64,000 bases of DNA from a virus (taxonomy: Duplodnaviria; Caudoviricetes): the IMG/VR virus record IMGVR_UViG_2597490325_000001, positions 1 through 64,000 of that record, one strand, 5' to 3'. The notes beneath the pieces were generated by a model, which had not been told where the DNA came from, searched no databases, and saw nothing but the letters and a program-made list of their open reading frames with translations. Position numbers and translations under genes: made by a program. Below are positions 1 through 12,654 of this stretch, in pieces; positions within the stretch are counted from its first letter, which is position 1; the number at the start of each line of letters is the position of its first letter.

Positions 1-102
1 GTTAATTAAGATTGACCCTAGACACTTTTCTGATATAAAAGTTGAAATCATAGGAGGTTTACTCTCTCCTGTTAAACTTTCTCTTAAGGATATATAATTA
101 AA

Positions 103-375
103 ATGAAGAAGAATGTATGCGTTATAACTGAAAGAGATGTTGTTCTAGCTAAAAGAAGAAAAGGTTGTAAACTACAAACTGATGTAGATGTAGCTTTAAC
201 TGAAATGAATAATATTCGTTTTGATTTTAGAGTGATAATAAGAAAAGCCTTCAGAAACTTTGAAGAAGAATTTTATTATGTAGATGATTTCATTTGTATA
301 CCAGATAAAGAGGTAATGATTTATCATGAAAATTTTAAAGGCGACCAACCCAAGATGGTTTGCGCAATCCAATAG
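103..375 (+). CDS. Hypothetical small protein with an RT-like YVDD motif
   Basis: FYYVDDFICI in translation. Confidence 0.6.
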   Translation: MKKNVCVITERDVVLAKRRKGCKLQTDVDVALTEMNNIRFDFRVIIRKAFRNFEEEFYYVDDFICIPDKEVMIYHENFKGDQPKMVCAIQ

Positions 376-2341
376 TACTTTTTCAAAGTTTGCTATCCGT
401 GGGGCTACAGAGGTATTATCTGATTGGATGGATAATGCCTTTTCAGCATTTTGTCAATTGTATGAGATTCATTATGATGCTGGTAGCTCCCAAGTACCTA
501 AAAGAAAGCTCTTAGTTAAGATTCATCTAAGAACTGTATGGAACTCTTCTAAAATGGTGGATAATGTACATAACTAGACGGAAAAAGAGGTTTAATACTA
601 CGGTTTATTATAATATCTATCTAGTTCCAGGAAAAATGTTAACTGTTAGAGATAAAAATATATACTCAGTATATAAAATCTTTGAAAAAGAATTAGACTT
701 CAGACTTAATCATTATGATTTCTATATCACTAAAGTTAACGAGAAACCTTATGGTATGTTGATAAGAGAGGTTATAAGAACTCATGAAAACAATAAAAGC
801 GCGTGGTTTTAACAAGAATAAAATATTAGATTTAACTCCTATCAAGGAAACTAGAAGATCTGCTATGGACACTCTGATGAGAAGAATACTTTTCATAGAA
901 GTGGACATAAGTAATCATATGCCTAGGCTCCATTTTGATAATTGCAATGGGGCTAAATGGTCAAATTTCATAGCAAATAAATATTATAAGAAAGTTATAT
1001 GAAAATTGTAAGAATTTCCAGGAAAAAAGACAGAGATATTGGCAGACTCATAATAGGTCATATTTTTGCAACCTATAAGGAATTAAAAGGTACTTTATTA
1101 TTCAGATATGACTATATAGGATATAAATGTAAGGTTGAATTACATAGCAATAGGTATGAAAAGATTATAGGGATTGATATATGCTAGTAAGAAAATTCAG
1201 AACTCATGCTAAAGCTGGTAGGATTGAGCAACAGAAAGAAAAATTAAAAATGCTCAAAAATCGGTTGAATAAATTTGATAAAAATAGTAGTCCTTATAGG
1301 ATGAATCTTAGGGCAATCAATAATATTGAAGATTTTTTCATAAGATATGAAAATACTATAAATAGACAATTTTCTGCAGCTATGAGTAAATTCAGAAAGA
1401 TGACTTTACAAGAAACAAATTCAATTTATGCTGATTTTAAAGCAATAGTAGACAATAACTCACCAAATTATAGAGTTTATGCTACTCGTCAAGATTTGAA
1501 ATATATCTACTTTAATAAAGAATCCTTTAAATGAAAACATTTCTAGTATCTAAATACATTCTAAGTCAGATAAATCTAGATGCAAAAGTACAGAAGTCAT
1601 ATAGACGTGAACTTCTTAACTTGTCCAAAATGTATAGAAAAACGATTAAAGTTGATGGTATGGATAAATATATAGTTATTTTAGTACCTGAGACTACTTT
1701 TCCTTTTGTGATATTTGATAAATACAGGCTAGGAAATGAAAATAAATAGAATTTCCAATAATTTTAGGAATCACCCACTACACTATATAGCTGAAAATGC
1801 GTTTATAGATACTAGCGCATGGTCTAAATTCTGCGTAGAATCCCTCCAACACATGCCAAAGTTCAATTATTCATCTGAAATGCGAGCCTTGCAACATTTC
1901 TACTTAAGGATTGTTCCATGCTGATAGTAAAGGCTAAAAGAACTTCTTTAGCAGGTTCTAAACAAAGGTCTAGACCTAGTAAGTATTACTTATTAACTAA
2001 ACCTAGGAGTGCATTAAATAGTATAAAAAACGAATTTGATTTAGGTACCTATGAAATGGATGCAGATTATAGTACTATGTATTCGTATACGCACCAAGCT
2101 GTACCTATCTACCCAATAATAATGGAATTGAAAAATGTTGCGAATCCGTTTAGCCGCTGCTACTAATGCCAGAAAACTTATTTTTCCTACCGGAACGTAT
2201 TCTATAACTTCTAAGCAGGTTAAGGCTAAATTCCTTAGTCACTTTTTAGTGATTAAAGACCATAGCCTTTATTTTTATATTCAGAATTGGCAGATAACTA
2301 GTGTCGTAATATATGATAAGCTGACTCTAAACAAATTCTAA
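103..2341 (+). other. Small-ORF array block 1: 10 overlapping hypothetical CDS (62-117 aa)
   Basis: ORFs at 103, 326, 564, 784, 999, 1181, 1531, 1736, 1918, 2135 are co-oriented with overlapping stop/start; early-box variant GATATATAAT at ~89-98. Confidence 0.8.
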
Positions 2342-2385
2342 GGATATATTATAATTATAGAATCTTAAGAATTAGGAGTTGTACT

Positions 2386-5300
2386 ATGTACAAAACTAAA
2401 CGCTTTATAGGCGTTAGGCGAAATAATAGGGTTTTCACTAAAGAGTTTAAAAAGACTATAAGAATGACATATGGCCCTAGAGAACTTTTAGATAATTATG
2501 AGATTTCATTCCATATTGAAGTCGATGAGCATAATGCATGCAAAAAGATATGGTTTGGTCTGAAATCTATGAAATATAATAGGAATTGTTTATGATGAGA
2601 TATGCTAGGGTTGTCAGAGATGATCCAGTATTTAGACCTTCTTATAGTCTTTTAAGTTCTTATTTGGTGTACTCTATGAGTATCTATGATTGGAGTTCTA
2701 AATCGTCTTACAAGCTCTTTTATAGAGAAAATATTGCTATCCGAATTCATTGTAGAGAGTTTGATAAACATCCAGAATTTAAAGGGTTTAGTCGATTATG
2801 AAAATTGATAAAACTAGTACTAAACTCACTCTTATAGTACCTGCTTCTGGTATTTATGCTCAAATGGAGTTTATTGATCAGTACATACGTAGTCAAAAGA
2901 TATCTAAAGAATGTATTTCTTATACTCATGCTATTCATGTCTTAATGGAATTAAATGCAGATAAAAGAATATCATATTTTGCTTATAATAGTCGTAGAGG
3001 GGTAAATATCTATACGGGAGACTTTAAATGTATGTCTATATAGCTACTAAACGGATGGAAGAATACTCTAAATTACAGGAAGTTAATAGAGATGTAGTAC
3101 TTGAAGCTGGAAGATCACGTTCCTTGTCAGATGTAGCATATTATCGTGCTCAAATGGCTATAAGTATCAGTAGTAAATTTGCAGTTTACGCCAATCTTGA
3201 TAAAATTAATGATGATCGTGTAAGATTTCAGAAAAAGGACTTATATGAAGGTAGAAAGAACTAAAAGAATAACGAAATCTCATAGTATTATAAGTCGATA
3301 TAATGCGCTCCGTCATAATGGAAACCTGAATGGAATTTCACTAAGAGAATTCTTAAATTTCCCTATGGCTCATTCAGGGATGTTTAACCATTTAGCTTTA
3401 ACTCACTTATCTAATCCAGATTTTATAGAAATTATATCTTTTGACCTAGAAGATGAGGAAATATACTTAGGGACATTTAAAGAGATAATGAAATGAAAAT
3501 TCATAGAAAACCAAAACGAAAATCTTTTTACTATGATCCGTATCCTAATTATCCATATGAAGACCCCTGTAACTATTTAGATGATAGGAGAGAAATAGTA
3601 TCTCTGTCTAATATAGATCGAGTATTTGCTCGTTCTACTCCTCAAATAATACTTAATAAGCGTATAGAGCTTTTTCTCTACACTGAAAAGTATATCTCTA
3701 GTACACTAGCTATTACTGATATGCTGGATGGTTCAAAATGGTTAAGTTAAGATTTAAAAAAGATAATACCTTTGGTAAATATGTAGGAGTATATTTACAC
3801 CTATTATCAATTGGTAAGAGGGAAATGATTGATGATAGGAAATCTAAAGATAGTTACGATGAGATCATAAGATATGCTTATGAAGAACAAAATGGTATGT
3901 ATCCTAAGCGAATTCTTGAATTATTAGGAGTATATGAATTTGCTTATACGAGATCAATTTTTGCAATCAAAGGGGAAAGGGGTTGGTCTATTAAGATACG
4001 ACCAAACGAAAAGATTGAATTATCATGGGCGAGATCAGATAATAATGAAGCATATAAAAGACGCATATAGTGTATTAGATCATTACTACCCTCAAAACAT
4101 AGAACATTTGAGAAGAAATATTCTAAATACACAAAAAAATTTTGTCTATAATCTTAAAGATTTAAAGATCATAAATACTAATCTTTTTGTAGTTGAGAGA
4201 TATAATGGTAAAATAGGTATTCAGCAAATTCGTATAAGGTTTATATTATGAAGATAGCTAATTATCCTAAATCTAAAAAAGCTCTAAGAGGTGATCCTCA
4301 TGTATCATTTATACATAGATTAGAGATTAGTGATGGTTTTAGGTATACTCTTAAGAATACTTTAATTCAAAAGTTTATTCTGGAAGATCTTGTTGATTTA
4401 CCAAAATTTCTCAAAGAAGAATATATAGAAATAGATTCTCGTCTAGATGGAGATTCATTAGTATTTATCAAGTATAAAAGGCTTAAAGATGTTCATACTT
4501 TCAAAGGCTGTGAAATCAATATATAGTAATCAATTAATGACTTTACGTCATGATAAGCTAGCTAAAAGAGTTTCCGCAATTCCTAAGATGAAAGAAAGTT
4601 TAGTAGAGTTTGAGGGGCTATATTGTGATGTAATGGTAAAAGTTGCAATATATCATGACCATCCAGTTTATGGTATGACTTTCTTACAGAAATATTCATT
4701 TTTCCAGGAGGGTAAGTTTGTATAAGCGATGCATAATGAAAGCTGAACTTCCAGAGTATGGTTCAATAAAATCAGTATTCGAAGAAGGACGTTTAAGCGT
4801 AAAACAGCAATTAAAAGTTAAATATTCTTTTGCCCATCATCCAGATAAGTACTTAGGAATTAACAATGCTGCCTTCAAATTAGATGATGGATTCGAAGTA
4901 TTAGTTTTTAAGGGTATGTTTAAATGAAAGTAAAGAAAAACCTAATACGTCGGTACGATTATGATAGTATTATGGCTTTAGAAAAGGATCCAGATAACGT
5001 AATACGTCAAAGAGTTTTAAATCATGAAAGAAACGAGAAGAAATTTGTAAATAAAATGGAAAGCCAAGTAATTAGTTCATGCTTTCCAGATTTACTGCAT
5101 TCAATGGCGGTTATTATTTATTATCGTTCACCATATTCTTTCGGGGCTTGTTTTCAACTATGTAAAGCTGATATACAATGAGAAAATATAGAAAGTCATC
5201 ATTCACATTTGTAGAGGATTTTGTAGCAAAGGATATGGCAATGATATCCGAAATACAAAGTATGATATCCTGTATGAATGGATTTGATTTAGTTCTAGGT

Positions 5301-6579
5301 TTTGGAGAAACTAAAATGCTCTACTACCAACGTATAGGATTTGATACATATTTTGAATTAAAGACCTCTGAAGAAATGAAAATGCTTAATAAGAGGGTTG
5401 TGTAATGAAACATATTAAACAACATTGGACTAATGTTAACTTTGAATGGTATATCAACAGATATTCTGGAACGGATTATACTGGTACATTTTCTGAGATT
5501 AGAGGATTAATTCATAGTGTAAAATCTCTTGAGTTAGGGAAGCCTGTACCTCTAATGTGTGAGAATCATACTGCATACAAAATGTATGGAACGAGCGTTA
5601 AATCATGATAAGAGTGACTTATCCCTTCCCTATGGAAGAAGATGCGCAAACTAATAAACATATAACCCATTTAGGTACTATCTATAATGTAGGAAGATTA
5701 ATTGAATCTAAAGAAATATGGATAGATATAAAAATTGTATCTAAAGGTTGTGCAGGTATACTGATTGATATTAAGGAAACCCTCAAATGCGAGTCCTAAA
5801 ACTTGATATGAGACCTGATGACTATAGAGAAGAATATCGTAAAAATTATATAACTGTAAGTATATTAGAAGAGCTTGATAAATCCTACAAAGCTAATTTA
5901 TTTAAACTTTCTCCAATAAATGATGTATTAAAAGGTAATTTCTTTAGTATCATATGCGGTATACGTGATGAATTTACTGATGTTCATCCAAAATACTATT
6001 TACAATATACCTATTCTAATCAAAAATGGGGTATGTATATAAAGAATAAAGATTATTCTGCCAGATTCTACGAAAACGATGGAGTATGGTAATGAAGACT
6101 TATAGATTCAATAAATACCATCCTAATGCAGATTTAGATAGATTGAAGTATGACTCATTTAAAATAAATACTGAGATACAATGGATAAATATTGGATGTC
6201 TTTTAGAAAGTTTATTTATTCTGTATGACCCGCCAGATGAAGAAGATATCAAAGATTATCTTGTGTTACCGCTATTCATTTACTTCATAACACGTCCAAA
6301 TAATCTATCTGTATATAAAATGAGATCATTTAAATGCATGTAACTAGATGGCGTAGCCCAGGAGAAAATTTCCTGATGGCATGTTTTAGTTTTAAAGCCA
6401 ATGGTATAAGAAAAAGAATAATAAAGAGATATAATGAAGTTTATAGAGGCGATTGCATCTTTTTAGACAACTCTATTATGCGTAATCAATGTAAAATAGG
6501 ATTTGCAAGAAGTCCTATTTGCTCCACATTCTTAATAGATTCTTCCAGCAATAATCCTTTTCTACATTTTATATTTTAA
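2386..6579 (+). other. Small-ORF array block 2: 18 overlapping hypothetical CDS (64-110 aa)
   Basis: ORFs at 2386, 2586, 2798, 3028, 3245, 3493, 3738, 3934 (likely start ~4048 MKHIK), 4248, 4489, 4718, 4924, 5178, 5405, 5605, 5787, 6086, 6334; ATATATTAT at 2344 and AGGAG RBS upstream; hairpin plus T-run at ~6586-6615 downstream. Confidence 0.8.
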
Positions 6580-7229
6580 AGAAAAGGTTCTCAAAAGAGA
6601 ACCTACTCTTTTTTTATTGATATATTATATTAATGGAGGAATCTCTAATGAGAATACATCGTATAACTGGAAGGTTCGATAATTTAGGTTTAGACCCTGT
6701 AGGAACATGGATATTTAGAATTTACAGAGAGATTAAAAACACATATGAGTATAATATCAATATGGTTCCTGATCTCAGTTTTCTCATAGCTAATGCAAAT
6801 GATGATTTGAATCCTGTAAGATCAATTGATAGTTATCATTTAGCTAGACTCTTTATAGAGAGTGATCGAAGGATTAAGAATAAAAGTATCATAACTTATA
6901 TGTGAGGATTGATATGATAATCTTCAAAGCAAGGAAGTGTAATCATTTTAATAATAGTTCTCAATTAAATTTTGCTATAGAAGCTCATCGTAGAGTTACC
7001 ATTTCAGGTAACTATGAAATGCTTAGATCTAATCTCAAGATTAGTTCATGTTTTCCTGAAGCATTTCAAGTTAAGCTTTATCCAGATAGTACTCCTCGCC
7101 AAGATGATCGTATGTTTATAGATGAAATGCTTGATATGGGAATATGTGATTTCCATGTTTTATTCATTTCAGGTGAGAGAAGATTAACGACGTACTTGTG
7201 GTGTCCACTAATAAATATAAAGGCTCATT

Positions 7230-7772
7230 ATGTTCAAGACCAAGCTTCCAAAGAAATTATATCCTTCTATTAAACATCAGTGGTTTTTACAGATTGATAA
7301 ACTTTTTGATATTATGTATGAAAGGGATAAACTACTAAATCTTGCTAGAGAAACCTGCCTCATTCTCGAACCAATTATGTTACATACTTATACTAGCAAA
7401 AAGATAGTTCATCAATTTGATAATATCCCGTATAATACTTTTATTGTAAGAAAACCTATTTTAACAGGCGTAGATTTTGCTGCAGGAATGGATTATGATG
7501 GTGATGTAATGTCATATTATAGTCATAACTTTTTATATGGCCATCTTGGTGATCCGCTTCAAATGTATCCTTCTATTAAAAGAATGGTAGAATATAAAAA
7601 CTATTCTACTACTAAACTAGATAGAAAAGGTAAAATTCAGTTTGAATTACCTCCTAAAGAGCTTTCAAAAATCTATGGAACTAGATATAAGGATATACCT
7701 CTTGCTGGAGGAAATATTTTAGATACATTTGATATTCCGGTAAAAAATCATCATGTATTCATTCCACAATAA
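7230..7772 (+). CDS. Hypothetical protein with an isolated RNAP-like DYDGD motif and an RNaseH-like GVDFA motif
   Basis: ILTGVDFAAGMDYDGDVM in translation. Confidence 0.7.
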   Translation: MFKTKLPKKLYPSIKHQWFLQIDKLFDIMYERDKLLNLARETCLILEPIMLHTYTSKKIVHQFDNIPYNTFIVRKPILTGVDFAAGMDYDGDVMSYYSHNFLYGHLGDPLQMYPSIKRMVEYKNYSTTKLDRKGKIQFELPPKELSKIYGTRYKDIPLAGGNILDTFDIPVKNHHVFIPQ

Positions 7773-9567
7773 TGGATTAATATGAAAATAACAGTTCTTG
7801 GCCCTGATTGGATGGGGTTATTAGATGAATATTTAGACCATAAAGGGAAACCTAGTGTCTATTCTGATTTAGAAAACCTTGCAACTACTTTGTATCGTTT
7901 ATCTAGATTTCTAGTATTAGTGCATAGTGAATCTGTAGCAGGGTTGCACCCCTATTCCCCTCGTATTTTCTTTGAATATGAATATTCTCTTGAAAGAGCA
8001 TTAAATTCAACTGACCCTAACGGTTTTCCTATAAGAGTCATAGCTAAAAAGGATTCTAGTTAATGTATATTAATAAGCTTACTGTAGTACTATTTCACGA
8101 TCTAAGCCCTTACGGATATCCGGCATTTATTTCAGATAAAAAACTACGAGAAAGAATTTGTAATAAGTTAACTGTAAAAGTAGCTTCAATTGTTTATCGT
8201 GGAGCCGTTTCCGTTAAAATCTTTAATGCCAAAGATTTAGGTTCTTTGCAAGAAATCTTATCTGGTAAGAAAGGGTTTATACGCAAAAATGATATAGCTT
8301 ATGAATTACTTATCGAAACCATGTTCATAGTAGAAAGTGATTTACCTCGTTATAAAGGAACTAGAACAATTACTTTTTCCGATCCTATAGTAAAACAGAT
8401 TGAGGATTTTAAGAATGAAATTTGTTAAATTTCGTGAGAATGTGGAATACGAAAATAATTCATTCAGAGTTGTCGTTATGAAATGTTTTCCGCATGAAGT
8501 AATTACTAATAATGGAGTAAGAATAGACAATCCTAGGCAGTTTAGAGAGGACGGCACTGTTCCAATTTCTACCAATCTCTCCCATCTATTTTTCATAAAT
8601 AGATCATTTAGCAGAGAATTGTATAAACTTTCTGGCGGTTTTGAAATTGAGTCTAATTTCAATAATGATGAAGGATCTGATGATGAAAACTTTGCCCTTA
8701 TGGAATCTTCATATTTAGATCTACCTATTAAATTGAAATTATATTTTGAAGATAGAAGTATACTTTTATCTATGCTTTTAGAAGAATATCATAATATAAA
8801 AATACCGTTAAGGTTTTTGAAATGAAAATTTTTAGAACGGATAGCAAAATATCAAAATGTGATAGCAGAAGAACTGATTTATTAAATAGGATATTCAAGA
8901 AATATACATTAAATTCATTATGTAACAATTATGAAAAGCATTTATTAGCTTTTGATTTTAATGATTTCTCAAGAACTTCTATGTTTGTAGAAAGTCGGAT
9001 ATACGCCGATGTAAATACTATGGTATTTTACCGATATTATGGTTATCTACATGAAAAAGACTAAATTTGATAGTAAACGTCATATGGAAAGTTTTCTTTA
9101 TAATTCAAGAACCACAAGATGGGTCTTAGAGGATAAATTATTTGAACATATAGCCGATATCGTAGCTAGGATAAAATACCTTGATAGCATCATTATTAGT
9201 ATAGGTCGTATAAATTTCGTGCCGACTAATTTAAAGAAGGAAAACAATAATAACGAAAAAATACTACTGATGTTTAAGGTGGATAATAATTTTGAAAAAT
9301 TAGCCCGTATAAGGATAAATAAATGATTCATCAAAGATGGAGTAGTACATACTTGAAAGCAAAAAGAAATCCAGGAATGTCAGCTATAAATTATAGAGCT
9401 TTGGATGCCCTAACTCATCGCATAAGAACCGATTTCACTTTACACTTTGAAAAAGGCGATGCTGAATGTACTGAATTTAATGAAGGTAGTAATGATAAAA
9501 GTTTTTATATAGAAACTGACGGTATATTTTTTAATTCTATTTCTAATAAGTCATTAAAGGGACTATA

Positions 9568-9870
9568 GTGAAATCTATTTTACGTTATAACGAAGACATT
9601 GAATTAGCAGTAAAAGGTGCTAGAAACAATCTTCAGGCAACATTTAAATTCACTCTTATGTCTAGTAGTTTAACTGAACTTTATGATAAGCAGTATCCTT
9701 ATGGAATAGATATAAAAGTAGAGAAACCTTTTGAATTAAACAATTTTGTTGGAAGGGGAATGTCTTCTATATCAAACTACTTTGTAGACATGGATGTTAA
9801 CCTTATGTATCCAAATGTATTACAAAGTTATGATCCTTCGCATTTAACGGAGAAGAAATTTTATATATGA
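9568..9870 (+). CDS. Hypothetical protein with a family-B polymerase motif-A look-alike
   Basis: FVDMDVNLMYPNVL compared with phi29-type DVNSLYP; GTG start. Confidence 0.65.
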   Translation: MKSILRYNEDIELAVKGARNNLQATFKFTLMSSSLTELYDKQYPYGIDIKVEKPFELNNFVGRGMSSISNYFVDMDVNLMYPNVLQSYDPSHLTEKKFYI

Positions 9871-10124
9871 GAAAAGTTACCAATGAAGATAAAATAAAAA
9901 TATCTTTTGATGATTTAGAGTATATGGTAGAAAGCGTTAATATAAAGAAAAATTTACTTCGTATGTCACCTAGCTTTAATATTTCTCCATTACTACAAGG
10001 ATTACATATAGCTTCACAAGCATTAGGAAAAAGTATGCAGAAAGGCAGTTTCTTAATAATTGATGAAGCTCCATTCTTACCACAAGAAATTCCTAAAGTA
10101 GAATATTTCTATGAAAATCATTAG
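9867..10124 (+). CDS. Hypothetical protein with a terminase/helicase Walker-B look-alike
   Basis: GSFLIIDEAPFLP; no Walker A. Confidence 0.65.
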   Translation: MRKVTNEDKIKISFDDLEYMVESVNIKKNLLRMSPSFNISPLLQGLHIASQALGKSMQKGSFLIIDEAPFLPQEIPKVEYFYENH

Positions 10125-11503
10125 TAGAAAAATAAGTATGGCGGCTTTCCCAGACATGGATAGAAAATACTTATTTGATGCATTATTTAGCGATCAGCCC
10201 AAACTAAATTTAAATTCCGATGTTTTATCTTTTGTAGATTTAAGAAAAGGATTTATTTTGAGTATGATTCAAGGAGGATTAGACGGATTTATGAATTTAT
10301 GGGTTAAAAGTCTAGGAGTAGCGGCTTTTTTAGAGAAGAAAATGTACTATGAAAGTAGAAAAAAGAACATCATATGATTCATCTGTAATGCCTTCATGGA
10401 GCTTTATTCATAAGTATATAAGATATACTTTATTATGTCGTAAAGAAAAAGCCATGTTTTGTAGGGTGCGAACCCCTACAATCCAAGAAGTACCTTCTAC
10501 CTATGCATTACCGGAAGAGACATTTATTAATGTCATATTTGCAGATTACAAATGGTGATTTATGAAAATTAGGAAAGAGAAAATATCAGAACCTACTGAA
10601 GATGTATATGGTGGATTTGTAAATACTTTATCTATATTCAAAAATGTACTTAATTCATTAAAAAAGAAAGAAAATAAAACCTTTACTAGATCAGAATTTC
10701 ATAGTGAAGTTGGCAGCAGTATAGATTTTTTAGAATTTGACAATATTTATAAAGCATTAGATATAAGAACATCTTTACCTGAAGTACTAGGTAAAGAAAT
10801 GGATAAAGTATTTCATTCGCTTCTTTCATCAACAGGTATTATGAGTCCTTTCTTCAATACTTCTCTTCCAAAATTATGGAATAGTACTAAAATAAATAAA
10901 GATATTTTCTCTACTACAATATTATATGAAAATAATAAAAGTAAGTAAAATTAAAGCATTGACAGAAATGCATAGGGATAGATATCGCTCTTCGGGATAT
11001 GAAAAAAGAACAATCTTTACCTATTTCCTTGATGAAGCTACTATAGGATTACGTGAACATCTCTCTAATATTGATAGATTAGAATTGACATGTAGAAGTA
11101 AGAAAATATTCTCGCCTTTTTACGATAAGTATATTGGAACGGAGAATTTTAGAGTAGTATTTATCGAGGGTAATTAATGTATATACATTATCAAGGAATG
11201 GACAGAACTTACGTTTTATCCAACCGTAAAATGCTTTATGAACTAAAAAATAAAGTATTTAGATTAAGTTTTTTAAATGATACAGTTAGAGGTATTGAAG
11301 ATCATACTGACTTCTGTTTAGTTATAACTCATTTTAAAATTGATAAGCCTATCAGAGTTAAAAGATTAAGAGGCTGTCTCTTTATGGTAGTAGAGACTCG
11401 TATTTCTAAAAGCATTAATCTTAGAAATATCTTAAAAAAAGAGTAGAGATACTCTTTTTTTTTTGTAAAATTTCTATGATCCGATAAAAACTTTACAAAA
11501 ATA

Positions 11504-11516
11504 AACAAGAATTTAG
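11504..11516 (+). promoter_or_regulatory. Late-type phage promoter AACA-N6-TAG
   Basis: AACAagaattTAG upstream of the 11548 gene; motif recurs at least 12 times in intergenic positions. Confidence 0.75.
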
Positions 11517-11547
11517 TATTCTTTTAAAAACTTAAAGGAAATTTATA

Positions 11548-12654
11548 ATGATGTCTTTAACCAGTCTTCTATTAGAAGATGATAACGATGTTCTGTATAA
11601 AAATCCTCTTATGAAAGTAAAGAAACCTTATAAGTTTTATGGTGTATCCAACTATAAAGCTATTCAGGAAATTCTTTCATCGGGAGTGATTGATGCATCA
11701 CAATATCGTCTAAGAACAGATAAAGCTTATAGAGCTAATGATGCAGTATACTTTACAGATGATCTAGGAAGAGCATTTAACTGGTACGCTACTAAGCGTT
11801 CAGATGCCTTCAATGATTTATCTGGTAAGGATGCATTTGTATTTGTAATTAATCCAGATTATATTAACTGGAGCGAGGTCTACTTTGATGAAGCCGACTT
11901 CTATATTGCAGTACTAGGCGTTCTAGTATACAAAATGAATCAGGGTGAGAAACTTGAAAAGAAAGCTATTGAAACTAAGATTTCAGTAGATGAAAACAAT
12001 AACCTCAATATCCGAACTAAAGTAGATATTCATGCCAACCCACTAGCTAATAAGGTTTGGGAGCTTGCATTTAATACCGCTGGCAAGATTATCTCTGGAA
12101 AGGTGAGTACTATAGCTACACCTTTATTTGATATTCTTCGAAATGCTGATATTGATTTAAATGATCTTGTTAAGATTTCTTATGGTGTTAAGGCTAATAC
12201 GTATAAGAATATTCCTATGCGTTATAATAAACCTGAGTCATTCAATAAAGCTCTCAATATGTTTGATAAGCTTTATTCAAAAGATAAAGAGTTTGTTAAA
12301 TGGGTGGAAGAAATGAAGCTAGATATCCTAGCCGAAATGCCTCCCTACCAACTTAAAGCAAAAAATATCTTGATTGCTAAAAAGATTTCCCATCAATATC
12401 AGAAAATGCTATTGAAATTTATTAAAGAATTCTGCTCAAGCTTTGCATATAAAGGTAAACTTAATGTAATGGGATACTTCTCAGGTGATAGGGAAGCATT
12501 ATCTCTTGAAGTAGTTCAGAAAAAAATTGAGCATATCTCAGATAGATATCTTAAAACTACTGAACAAGACCATGCTATCAATGATTATATGAAACAATTT
12601 AATAAAAATAGTCTAGGTATCAAGTTTACTCTTCTTCAAAATAAAGGTGTATAA
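11548..12654 (+). CDS. Putative ADP-ribosyltransferase-fold protein, probably virion-packaged
   Basis: FYGVS..AIQEILSSG..AVYFTDDLGRAFNWYA..FVFVI pattern of ART-like domains; N-terminal LLLE; late promoter. Confidence 0.55.
   Translation: MMSLTSLLLEDDNDVLYKNPLMKVKKPYKFYGVSNYKAIQEILSSGVIDASQYRLRTDKAYRANDAVYFTDDLGRAFNWYATKRSDAFNDLSGKDAFVFVINPDYINWSEVYFDEADFYIAVLGVLVYKMNQGEKLEKKAIETKISVDENNNLNIRTKVDIHANPLANKVWELAFNTAGKIISGKVSTIATPLFDILRNADIDLNDLVKISYGVKANTYKNIPMRYNKPESFNKALNMFDKLYSKDKEFVKWVEEMKLDILAEMPPYQLKAKNILIAKKISHQYQKMLLKFIKEFCSSFAYKGKLNVMGYFSGDREALSLEVVQKKIEHISDRYLKTTEQDHAINDYMKQFNKNSLGIKFTLLQNKGV

Larger units (their letters stand above)
6633..11446 (+). other. Small-ORF array block 3: 16 overlapping hypothetical CDS (69-180 aa)
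   Basis: ORFs at 6633, 6902, 7230, 7782, 8063, 8400, 8822, 9039, 9323, 9568, 9867, 10111, 10349, 10562, 10926, 11177; ATATATTAT at 6620; ends in hairpin plus T-run at ~11435-11464. Confidence 0.8.

Noticed and set aside
7782-7820. Rossmann-like start MKITVLGPDWMG
   Set aside because: Lacks the GxGxxG glycines and is explained by the array's general MKI start
103-11446. Stop-codon reassignment or a frameshifted long gene as the explanation for the short ORFs
   Set aside because: Adjacent ORFs lie in different frames with coupled stop/start overlaps and stereotyped starts. All three stop codons are used, and long genes elsewhere are intact in the standard code.
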